Notes: a model not told the origin generated them from the letters alone. A DNA stretch of 64,000 nt from Candidatus Latescibacterota bacterium (GCA_965208125.1 OZ242320.1:5683751-5747750), one strand, 5' to 3'; shown: positions 20,603-29,148, counted from the first letter of the stretch. Program-made: numbers and translations.

Positions 20603-20726
20603 TAAACGATAGGCACGACAGCAATCGGGATGTTAGGAAGTAGGATTAAGGGCAGTAAACAGGTAGAAACGTCAGGTTATTAGCAAAAATTTGTGTGTCC
20701 TGATACACAACTCAGGAGGTATTGCA

Positions 20727-21038
20727 ATGAGTATTTTTCGGAGAGGACGGCCCAGCCGACAAAAACCGCCCAATAGACCTGGGATATACCGGTTTAGAAA
20801 CAAGCTAACAGGAGAAGTTGATTATATCGGCGAAGCTGTAGATATAGCACGCAGGATAGTTACCCATCTTCGATCACCCAAACCCGTATCGCGTGACACC
20901 CACTATGTCGAATGGCAGGCAGCAGACCGCAGAAGCACATCGAGAACTCGCCGAGAACATGAGCGAGCTAAAATTAACAAACACAAGCCGCGGCTGAACA
21001 AGCGAGGCGGCGGTGGCGGCCGAAGAGCCAACCGATAA
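20727..21038 (+). CDS. Small stand-alone GIY-YIG nuclease-family protein
   Basis: PGIYRF...DYIGEA..IARRI..H, conserved E and LN; AGGAGG RBS before ATG 20727. Confidence 0.8.
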   Translation: MSIFRRGRPSRQKPPNRPGIYRFRNKLTGEVDYIGEAVDIARRIVTHLRSPKPVSRDTHYVEWQAADRRSTSRTRREHERAKINKHKPRLNKRGGGGGRRANR

Positions 21039-21098
21039 TCGCATCACGACTGATGCTCCGACACTTTTTGGAAACTTAGACTGAAAGGAGGTGATTCT

Positions 21099-21194
21099 GT
21101 GTTTACATTGCTAAAGATATGCGTGCCTGTCGTGGTTGCGCTGGCTTTCGAGGTGGTCGAAAATTGGTCGGACATCACGAAAGATAAGCGGTAG
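21099..21194 (+). CDS. 31-aa Fst/Ldr-like hydrophobic peptide (putative type I toxin)
   Basis: AAAGGAGGTGA RBS, GTG start; MFTLLKICVPVVVALAFEVVENWSDITKDKR; below the ORF-track cutoff. Confidence 0.6.
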   Translation: MFTLLKICVPVVVALAFEVVENWSDITKDKR

Positions 21195-21202
21195 CGGCAG
21201 TA

Positions 21203-21237
21203 TCAGGGATGGGGAATCTATTTTCCCCGTCCCCTGA
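21203..21237 (+). terminator. GC-rich hairpin after the peptide ORF
   Basis: TCAGGGATGGGGAA-TCTATT-TTCCCCGTCCCCTGA. Confidence 0.6.
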
Positions 21238-21388
21238 AAGAATTTCTTGACAACCTGATGTGTTGTTTGAAAATTTGAAAACAGGCCGACCTATTCCAAA
21301 GTGCAGAAGGTTGGATATTCCAAAAATTTGTCAACTTCAAGCGTTTCAGATGAGCCTGAACGCTTTCACCAACTTATGAGAAAGCATG
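21233..21388 (+). repeat. Conserved ~150-bp leader, copy 2 (upstream of ATPase 2)
   Basis: Aligns with 17092-17244 up to the CATGGC start context. Confidence 0.8.
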
Positions 21389-23203
21389 GCTATTACATCT
21401 ATCACCATCGAAAACTTCAAGGGCATTGGCGATGCCGTGACGGTTCCTATCCGTCCCATCACCTTGTTATTTGGCAAAAACAACGCGGGTAAGTCAACGG
21501 TACTACAGGCGTTGCACTATATGCGCGAAGTATGTGAACATGCAGGAGCCGATCCAGATCGCACACACATGGGTGGAGACTATATTGACCTGGGTGGTTT
21601 TCGTTCTCTGGTGCATCTTCATGAGTTGAATCGGAAAATTCGGATCCGAATTGAATTTGACCTGACATCCGAAGAATCGAAAATTTTGAATCGAATTTTG
21701 GAACATGTGACCAATCCGGATTCCGCGTGGATAGAAGTGGTAACAAGTTGGAATGCAGAAGAACATAATGTTTATACTGAGTCATACGGATATGGACTTA
21801 ATGGAACCGAGTGGTTGTATCTCAGGCTACTAAAAGAAAGACCCGAAGAAAAACCCAGCGATATGATTGTCTTAAATGGTACAGAATGGCAGCGATTAAA
21901 TAATACTGCGTTTCTAAATATTAATCACCCGGACATTAAGGAGACAATAGCAGATGATTATCAAAAAAAAATAAATCCTGACATACTGCGCCGGTTGCCG
22001 GAAATTGCACTCAAAGAATTGCGTAATATACGATATTTGGGACCCATGCGAAAAATTCCCCCACGCGATTATCGCCCGCAACAAACGCCCGAAGAATCGC
22101 TATGGGCAGAGGGATTAGAGGCCTGGAATACACTTGGAAGAGATCCTCAATTGGTGAAAAAAATAAACCGCTATATGCAAGATGTTTTGAAAATGGGATG
22201 TAGTATTAGCCGGCAGGAAATCATCTCGCTTGATGAGGATGGCGAGATCATGAAAAATCTAAAAAAAATTAGCAACTCTAAAGACTTCAATGTTGATGAG
22301 TTAAAAAAACAAGTTTATGATCCACTCGAACAATTACCCCGCCAAATTAGAATGAAACTCTATAATAAAGAAAATGCTATCGACTTGGATTCCGCAGATG
22401 TTGGTCTGGGTATTCCCCAAGTTATTCCAGTTTTGGTGGGTGCTTTGCACAGCGGCCGACCAGATCCTAAGCGGTTTTATTTGACTAAACCACCGGGAGG
22501 TTTTTTTGCGGTTGAACAGCCAGAACTTCACTTGCACCCCGCCGCTCAAGTGGCTTTGGGTGATGTGTTTATAGACTGCATAAAATACAACCGTGATCAT
22601 CCTATTCGAGTGGCTTTAGAAAGGATTATAGAATTTATAGAAAATAGCGATACCGAGATTGTGGCCTTCAAAGAGTTCATTGAGAGTATGGGAGAAAACT
22701 GCGATCATCCGGATATTCAAGAGGAAGCGAATAAGATCATCGCTAATCTAAAAAGCAGCAATTATCCGGATATTCGAGAGGCTTTCGTCAGATTCATTGA
22801 AAGTATAAGAGAGAACCGCGATCATCCGGATATTCAAGCAGCTATCGAAGAATACATGAAAAAAATACAAAATCGTAATCCTGATATTCAAGTAGCTTTT
22901 GAGGAGTTCTCTGATAGTAGAAAAAACAGTAGCTATCGCACCATGCTCATTGAAACACATTCTGAGCACTTGCTATTGCGATTGCTACGACGTGTGCGTG
23001 AAACAACCCGTCGTAGCAGACGCCAGACCACCGAGTTAGAACAGACAGTTCACGAATTGACACCTAATGATCTTTCTGTGGTCTATGTTCGACCCACGCC
23101 AGCAGGAGTTAAATTCACTCCACTCACTGTAACGAATGATGGTGATTTTGATGCACCATGGCCAGAAGGCTTTTTCGAAGAACGTGATTCGGAGTGGTAT
23201 TAA
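21386..23203 (+). CDS. ABC-type (AAA_15/AAA_21, DUF3696-like) ATPase 2, paralog of 17242-19347
   Basis: IENFKGIG, GKNNAGKS, GLGIPQ, VEQPELHLHP, IETHSEH, WPEGFF. Confidence 0.85.
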   Translation: MAITSITIENFKGIGDAVTVPIRPITLLFGKNNAGKSTVLQALHYMREVCEHAGADPDRTHMGGDYIDLGGFRSLVHLHELNRKIRIRIEFDLTSEESKILNRILEHVTNPDSAWIEVVTSWNAEEHNVYTESYGYGLNGTEWLYLRLLKERPEEKPSDMIVLNGTEWQRLNNTAFLNINHPDIKETIADDYQKKINPDILRRLPEIALKELRNIRYLGPMRKIPPRDYRPQQTPEESLWAEGLEAWNTLGRDPQLVKKINRYMQDVLKMGCSISRQEIISLDEDGEIMKNLKKISNSKDFNVDELKKQVYDPLEQLPRQIRMKLYNKENAIDLDSADVGLGIPQVIPVLVGALHSGRPDPKRFYLTKPPGGFFAVEQPELHLHPAAQVALGDVFIDCIKYNRDHPIRVALERIIEFIENSDTEIVAFKEFIESMGENCDHPDIQEEANKIIANLKSSNYPDIREAFVRFIESIRENRDHPDIQAAIEEYMKKIQNRNPDIQVAFEEFSDSRKNSSYRTMLIETHSEHLLLRLLRRVRETTRRSRRQTTELEQTVHELTPNDLSVVYVRPTPAGVKFTPLTVTNDGDFDAPWPEGFFEERDSEWY

Positions 23204-23205
23204 TT

Positions 23206-24213
23206 ATGCTGAGTATTTTTGCTATTGATCCCAAAATATGTGAAAATTTGGAGTGGTTTCGATATTGCACAGAGCACTGCCAGCCATCACAAGGACGTGT
23301 AATTGCAGATTTGCCATCCGGCCAGTGGTATGAAAGTGCAAATGCGATTCTTGATCAACACGTCCAAGAGCTTAATCTTCCCCCCATCAAAGTACGCAGT
23401 TTGAAAAGCTGCCTGAATATGGTGCGAGACCAACTGGTAGATCGACCAGGAACTGAGCAGACGAACTGGTATGATATTTCACAATTTTCTTGGATTACCG
23501 AAGTAGAGAAAGAGCATCAGCGAGAACGTTTTTCTGCTGTCATCAGCCCTGATTACGAGGGAACTGATGACACGGAGCTAAAGTATCATCCTGACGGTCT
23601 CAATAGAAGTGTAGAAGCATGGAATACGCCCAGTGGCATTGCAATCACGCGCAGTCCTGGAGAATTTGTAAATGCCATTTTGCCAATGCTTCGGGTTACA
23701 TCGAATATTCATTTTGTAGATGGATATTTTAACGTGGACGCTAATAGCTTGTTTACCGAAAATTATCAACAGATTATTGAAGACTTAGCCAAACACCGTA
23801 ACACACCAGATTATCCTTTTCCAGAACTGACAATTCATTGCTGCCCAGATCCAGATGAAATGACTGAGAAAGGTAAAAGAAATATTAAAAAGGGCCTTGA
23901 AAAGCATTATGCGGATTTAATACCAAGGGGGAAGTCTGTAACGGTTTTTGCGTGGCAGATAGAGGAAGATGTAGAAATAAAAAAAGGTAACCACCCTTTC
24001 CACAATCGCTATGTGCTGACTAAACATTGCGGCGTAATCGTGGGATATGGTACGGATAGTGCAAAAGCACCAACTGATGCACCAGACATCCTTCAGATTG
24101 TTGACCATGAAATATTTCTGAACTTGTGGAATCAAATTCAGGATGAGGAATTTCCTATGCTCTGCATTAAGAAGGAAAATAAGTTTGTGATTAATGGTAC
24201 TAAAGGTCCATGA
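23206..24213 (+). CDS. ATPase partner 2, hypothetical with PLD-like C-terminal domain
   Basis: FAIDP N-terminus like YAVTP of partner 1; IHFVDGYF and FHNRYVLT..GVIVGYGTD. Confidence 0.6.
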   Translation: MLSIFAIDPKICENLEWFRYCTEHCQPSQGRVIADLPSGQWYESANAILDQHVQELNLPPIKVRSLKSCLNMVRDQLVDRPGTEQTNWYDISQFSWITEVEKEHQRERFSAVISPDYEGTDDTELKYHPDGLNRSVEAWNTPSGIAITRSPGEFVNAILPMLRVTSNIHFVDGYFNVDANSLFTENYQQIIEDLAKHRNTPDYPFPELTIHCCPDPDEMTEKGKRNIKKGLEKHYADLIPRGKSVTVFAWQIEEDVEIKKGNHPFHNRYVLTKHCGVIVGYGTDSAKAPTDAPDILQIVDHEIFLNLWNQIQDEEFPMLCIKKENKFVINGTKGP

Positions 24214-24401
24214 TTAAAGGCGTATAATACGATACCACAAAAAAGAGACTCATCACGAACAATGGGCGGTAAATGTTCGAGGCAAGTCAAAGGTGTTGCA
24301 TGCACTACGCTATTACCACGCAATTTGTAATAACGAATTGTGGCCTTGATCCCGAGGAGGCTCATAGTTAGATTCAATGGTGATTCCCAAGAGGATGAGA
24401 C

Positions 24402-25613
24402 ATGAGCGATAACTACCACAACTATCAGTTGCTATTGGCAAAAGTAGCCCAACTTTACGAGAGGCATGGGATCGGACTTCCGGACCCATTCAATGTCTTC
24501 TCTTCGCTGAAAAATAAAAATGGGTACCTGAACGAGACTCTGCATTCACGGTTTCTTTGTGCACTGTTTGACTATAAGAAGCCGGGATATGAAACCAGAG
24601 AGAATCTGAAGGACTTCTTGCTACATATTGGCGTAAAGGATTTTGAACTATGTGGTGTAAGGGTCGAGCCGGAGTGCGACGGCATCGACATCCGAATCAC
24701 CAACGCTAACAAAAAGGCGCTGGCGATTGAAAACAAAAGCAATCCTAAGCGCGGGGATGAAGATAAGCAACTATGGAGGTGTTATCATACATTGAAAGGT
24801 CAGGGTTACAGAGACATAAAACTGCTGTACCTGACACCTGACGGCCATAAGCCTTCCGACAATAGCGTTGGTAATCTTGACCACAAGCGTATTAAATGCA
24901 TTTCCTACGAGGGTCTTATTCCTTGGTTAGAAAGTTGCCAAGAACGCGACGAAAACGAAACCGCGTTGCAGGATGCAGTCGCGCAATACCTACAGCTTGT
25001 CCGAGAGTTGGCAGGCACAGACGGCAGGGGGAAATATATGAGCGATTTAAAGGAACTTTGTCGGGAGGATAACAACTTTGTTCTTATCCGTGATTTGAGA
25101 GATGCTATACGTGAAGTAGAGAAAGAATTGCGAAAGGAAATATGGGACAAAATAGAATGTGAGCTAAAATCGAAAATTCAATACTTTCCTCCCGATAAAA
25201 AACGATATAAACAGGATAATAAGGGCCTATGCTACCAGTTGAGTGAATCCACCTCGCTCGAGGTTGTAGGCGACCCCACCATCTGGTTCGGGGTCCGTTG
25301 TTCTAAAAAGAAGTATAAAGACAAATATGACACGCTCAAAAATGCACTGGAGGATGTGAATGGTGAAAAACCACACGATGATTATCCTTTTTGGCAAAAG
25401 GTCGATAGATTGGAGGACCTCTCGCTGCTATTGAAAGATGCTGAGCGGCAGAAATATGCAAAAGAAACCGCACAGAAAATCGTCGAAAAAGGTTTGAAAG
25501 AAGTCTGGGAAGTTCTTGAAGACTTAGCTCTGGTGAATGCAATCAAAGAAGGAGAAAAAACAGAGCTTGTCCCCGAAGAACAGATATTTGAGATATTAGA
25601 AAGGATATCTTGA
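24402..25613 (+). CDS. PD-(D/E)XK nuclease family protein (PDDEXK_4-like) with antitoxin-like C-terminal tail
   Basis: FNVF, ETLHSRFL, IDIRI, AIENK, QLWRC, LYLTPDG; tail LEDLALVNAIKEGEKTELVPEEQIFEILE. Confidence 0.75.
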   Translation: MSDNYHNYQLLLAKVAQLYERHGIGLPDPFNVFSSLKNKNGYLNETLHSRFLCALFDYKKPGYETRENLKDFLLHIGVKDFELCGVRVEPECDGIDIRITNANKKALAIENKSNPKRGDEDKQLWRCYHTLKGQGYRDIKLLYLTPDGHKPSDNSVGNLDHKRIKCISYEGLIPWLESCQERDENETALQDAVAQYLQLVRELAGTDGRGKYMSDLKELCREDNNFVLIRDLRDAIREVEKELRKEIWDKIECELKSKIQYFPPDKKRYKQDNKGLCYQLSESTSLEVVGDPTIWFGVRCSKKKYKDKYDTLKNALEDVNGEKPHDDYPFWQKVDRLEDLSLLLKDAERQKYAKETAQKIVEKGLKEVWEVLEDLALVNAIKEGEKTELVPEEQIFEILERIS

Positions 25614-25616
25614 ATT

Positions 25617-25883
25617 TTGAAAGTCCTATTCAGAAACAGTTTTGGAAGAGATCTCAGACGTATCCGAAATCGATCTATTGGAGAGCGCGTCAAGGAAGCG
25701 ATAGAGCAAGTCAAGGAAGCAAGCGATCTTACAGAGATCAGTAATGTCCGAAAACTCCGTGGCGGCAGAAACCATTACCGCGTTCGGACCGGCGACTATA
25801 GGATTGGATTTCAATTCAACGAGGGCACCGTAATTTTCGTACGATGTTTGCCGCGCCGAGATTTTTACCAACACTTTCCCTGA
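25617..25883 (+). CDS. Type II toxin, RelE/ParE family
   Basis: 88 aa, basic; SFGRDLRRI, KLRG, YRVRTGDYRIG, RRDFY. Confidence 0.85.
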   Translation: MKVLFRNSFGRDLRRIRNRSIGERVKEAIEQVKEASDLTEISNVRKLRGGRNHYRVRTGDYRIGFQFNEGTVIFVRCLPRRDFYQHFP

Positions 25884-25986
25884 CCACCTCGCCTACCAAA
25901 TGCTCAAGTTCCTCCTGCATCTATTGCCCGCATCCGTCCCCTTCTATACCAATCCCCACTTCCACTTCTCAATCCATAATCGCCTT

Positions 25987-27519
25987 TTATCTGCGTCCAT
26001 CTGCGTAATCTGCGGATCCAAACGCCTTTTGCAAATACGTCAGATCGAGTTCGGGATAAACCGGGAATCGCTCGAGAAGATTGGCGATCCTCTGTTGGGC
26101 GTCTTCGAGCACACCATCCTGAATCCTGTATTGGACCTTGCTAAACTGGCCCGCACTTCTGCCCTTCGTGAACTTCAATGGCCGTGCATGGGTAAGCACA
26201 TTGCCCATGACTGCGCCGATCTCTCGCATCTCATCTGAACCCATGCCAAGCGTCGTAAGCGCCGGTGTCCCCACCCTGAGACCACTGGTGTACCATGGAC
26301 CGTTGGGATCAAAGGGAATGGTATTTCTATTCAGCGTAATCCCGGCATCGCGAAGCAGGGTTTCGGCCTGGCGACCCGTGAGATTAAAGGGGGTAACGTC
26401 GATTCGAAGCAGGTGATTGTCAGTACCCCCTGTGAGTACCGCGAGACCCGCGTCTATACACGCCTGTGCGAGAACCTGGGCATTATCGACAATACTGGCG
26501 GCATAAGCCCGAAATTCAGGCTTACTCGCCTCCTCAAACGCGACAGCTTTGGCTGCCATCACATGGGGCAGTGGACCACCGAGCACCATTGGGCAGCCTT
26601 TATCGACCTGTTCGGCAAATTCTTCCGTACACAAAACCATACCTCCCCTGGGGCCGCGCAGGGTCTTGTGTGTGGTTGTCGAAACGACATGGGCATGGGC
26701 AACCGGATCAAAATCACCTGCAAAAACTTTACCGGCCACCAATCCGGCAAAATGCGCCATATCCACCATAAAAACAGCCCCCACTTCATCGGCGATTTCC
26801 CGGAAAATGCGGAAATTAATTTTGCGCGGATAAGCACTATAACCCGCTAAAAGAATCAAAGGTTTGACGGTTTTGGCCTGGTCGCGGATTTCATCGTAGT
26901 CGATCAGGCCAGATTCTTTATTTACGGAGTACTCATGCGCCTCAAACATGCGCCCGGACACATTGATGCGATAGCCGTGCGTGAGATGTCCCCCGGATGA
27001 AAGATCCAGTCCCAGAAGCTTTTGATTGCCCAATTGTTTGCGAAGCGCGTCCCATGCTTCAGCCGAGAGATCAAATGGCGATTTTTTCCCCATTTTTTCG
27101 AGTGCAACATCTTGAACGCGCTCCGAAAGAATCGCCCAAAAAGCGACCATATTGGCATCTGCGCCCGAATGGGGTTGAACATAAGCGTGATCTGCACCAA
27201 AGAGATCGCACGCCAGTTTTACAGCCTGACTTTCAATCGCATCTACATTGTCACAACCGGCGTAAAAGCGGTGATCGGGAATCCCCTCGGCGTATTTGTC
27301 AGTCAGCAAATTGCCCATAGCCAGTTGCGTGGGCAAAGAACAATAATTCTCGCTCGCAATCATCTTGAGATTCGAACGCTGGTCGGCCAACTCGCTCACG
27401 ATATTTTTCGCCACATCGGGCGATACGGAGGCAACTTGCTCCAGCGCGGCCAAATAGGCGACAAAACCGGGATTTGGAGTGGGATTTTGAGACAGATAGT
27501 CGGCAAGAGGGCTGGACAT
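25987..27519 (-). CDS. glyA: Serine hydroxymethyltransferase
   Basis: [55 protein letters not shown]. Confidence 0.97.
   Translation of the reverse strand: MSSPLADYLSQNPTPNPGFVAYLAALEQVASVSPDVAKNIVSELADQRSNLKMIASENYCSLPTQLAMGNLLTDKYAEGIPDHRFYAGCDNVDAIESQAVKLACDLFGADHAYVQPHSGADANMVAFWAILSERVQDVALEKMGKKSPFDLSAEAWDALRKQLGNQKLLGLDLSSGGHLTHGYRINVSGRMFEAHEYSVNKESGLIDYDEIRDQAKTVKPLILLAGYSAYPRKINFRIFREIADEVGAVFMVDMAHFAGLVAGKVFAGDFDPVAHAHVVSTTTHKTLRGPRGGMVLCTEEFAEQVDKGCPMVLGGPLPHVMAAKAVAFEEASKPEFRAYAASIVDNAQVLAQACIDAGLAVLTGGTDNHLLRIDVTPFNLTGRQAETLLRDAGITLNRNTIPFDPNGPWYTSGLRVGTPALTTLGMGSDEMREIGAVMGNVLTHARPLKFTKGRSAGQFSKVQYRIQDGVLEDAQQRIANLLERFPVYPELDLTYLQKAFGSADYADGRR
25989..26017 (+). repeat. 29-bp direct repeat, right copy, within the glyA 3' end
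   Basis: ATCTGCGTCCATCTGCGTAATCTGCGGAT; encodes the terminal SADYADGRR of GlyA on the minus strand. Confidence 0.7.
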
Positions 27520-27581
27520 GGGAATTCTCCTCGTGTTTGCCCGATACAAAAATAGCCCGGGCTGTGTGTGGATTTTCATAA

Positions 27582-27660
27582 GCCCAGGCGATCGGCTATC
27601 GGATGAAGAGCACTGCGCTTCCCCGTGGTCGATTCCACGTTTACTCGCCAGTCACGCAGG
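27582..27660 (-). ncRNA. ZMP/ZTP (pfl) riboswitch
   Basis: Minus strand CTGCGTGACTGGCGA..GTGG..CCACGGGGAAGCGCAG-linker-GCCGATCGCCTGGGC fits the pfl consensus; sits upstream of glyA; overlapping hairpin plus T-run at about 27548-27589. Confidence 0.9.
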
Positions 27661-27710
27661 TCCTTGTCGATAATCAATATACAGAATTGCAGACCAAAGT
27701 CAACGGTTTG

Positions 27711-29138
27711 TCAGGACGTGAAAAAACGCCAGCCCCACAGAATAAGGGGATATCCCGCAACAAAAATGACACGCGCAATAATACCCTCTATTGACGTATC
27801 GTGGAGATGCGGAGACAACACCACAAAAACAACCGCCCCCGCAACACATATTTTTCCCAAACGCCCGTACTCGTAGGGAACCGGATAAAACCGACGCACG
27901 ATAAGATAAAGCAAAACCGCCATCAAAACATGCGCGATAAGCGTACTATAAGCAGCGGCAATAAATCCAATTTTGGGCAAAAGCAAAATATTGATAGCGA
28001 TATTCACACACGCACCTGTCCCCACAATAAACGGCAAAGACCCCGCACGACCTTCGGCATATACACCCGCAGTGAGAATGATATAAAGACCGTAAAAGAA
28101 AAATGCCAGCCCCACCAGCGGCACAACCCGTATGCCTTCGAGATAAGCCTGTGCATTGTCGCCAGCAATCAGAACGATAATTTCGCGTGCAAAAGTGGCT
28201 AAAATCAGACAGCCAAAAATGCCGAACAGCGTGAAATACGTGGTGACACGCGCACACATCTGCCGCGTGTCGTCCTCTGTATTTTCATCCTCGGTTTCGT
28301 CGAGCACGGCAGGTGCCCAGGCCGAGCGAAACGCTTTAACCACAAAAAAGATAGGCAGACCGAGTTTATAGGTAATACCGTAAATACCCAGTTCGTCGAG
28401 ATCTAAAAAAAATCGGATTAGAAAGCGGTCAGACAGACTAATGATGAGAAAGGAAAAGGCTGAGGGCACAAACGGCAGGCCAAAACGCAGAAGCTCGCGC
28501 AACGCGCGCACATCAAAAGTCGGATGAATCAAGCGCAGACCTACGGGAAACATGACAATAAGTGCAAAGAGAGAACTGATGAGATTGGCTTCAAAAACCG
28601 CGATTGGCCCGCGTCCGAGAATTGCAATAAAATAAGCGGTAAGACCGAGTTGTAGCGAGTGTTGAATCACCCGCACAATCGCATAGTGAAAGGATCTCTG
28701 ACGAGCGCGACAAAGCGTGAAAAGGGGTTCTGAAAGCGCGTCCAAAAGGACAACGGCGGCAATAAGTTCGAAGATCGCACTGTAATCCGAACTGCCCAAA
28801 AGATGATGTGCGAGACTGCCGGCATTGGTCCAGACCAGACTCGACAGAATAACACCTGTGGCAAACAGCGCCCAAAATGCGGAGCTAAATGCGGCGCGGT
28901 GTTTGCCGAGATCGGTCTTGCCAGATAAGAGGCGGATCAGCGCAGGATTGAGACCGAGAGAATAAAAAACCGCGCTAAATCCGATAAATGCAAATGCCAG
29001 GGACAAAATGCCATTATCAGCAGGCGTGAGATGTCTGGCATAGATGGGTACGAGCAAAATGGACACTGCGCGACCGAGCAGATCGCCCATGCCATAGACT
29101 GCCGTGTGTTGCGCGAGGGATTTGATTCGAGAGAACAT
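27711..29138 (-). CDS. Oligosaccharide flippase (Wzx/MOP family)
   Basis: Polytopic membrane protein; ILLVPIYARHLTP, SDRFLIRFF, GIYGITYK. Confidence 0.85.
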   Translation of the reverse strand: MFSRIKSLAQHTAVYGMGDLLGRAVSILLVPIYARHLTPADNGILSLAFAFIGFSAVFYSLGLNPALIRLLSGKTDLGKHRAAFSSAFWALFATGVILSSLVWTNAGSLAHHLLGSSDYSAIFELIAAVVLLDALSEPLFTLCRARQRSFHYAIVRVIQHSLQLGLTAYFIAILGRGPIAVFEANLISSLFALIVMFPVGLRLIHPTFDVRALRELLRFGLPFVPSAFSFLIISLSDRFLIRFFLDLDELGIYGITYKLGLPIFFVVKAFRSAWAPAVLDETEDENTEDDTRQMCARVTTYFTLFGIFGCLILATFAREIIVLIAGDNAQAYLEGIRVVPLVGLAFFFYGLYIILTAGVYAEGRAGSLPFIVGTGACVNIAINILLLPKIGFIAAAYSTLIAHVLMAVLLYLIVRRFYPVPYEYGRLGKICVAGAVVFVVLSPHLHDTSIEGIIARVIFVAGYPLILWGWRFFTS

Positions 29139-29148
29139 AGTTGATCGC

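Larger units (their letters stand above)
15448..25988. mobile_element. Putative defence/genomic island (no integrase visible)
   Basis: Visibly AT-richer than flanks; only regulator, ATPase, nuclease and toxin genes; bracketed by 29-bp direct repeats. Confidence 0.6.

Noticed and set aside
17092-21388. Repeated leaders as CRISPR repeats or retron msr-msd
   Set aside because: Only two copies 4 kb apart, no repeat-spacer periodicity, and no cas or reverse transcriptase gene in the window
25900-26238. 112-aa ORF after RelE as a possible antitoxin
   Set aside because: Mostly antisense to the glyA 3' end; no antitoxin features
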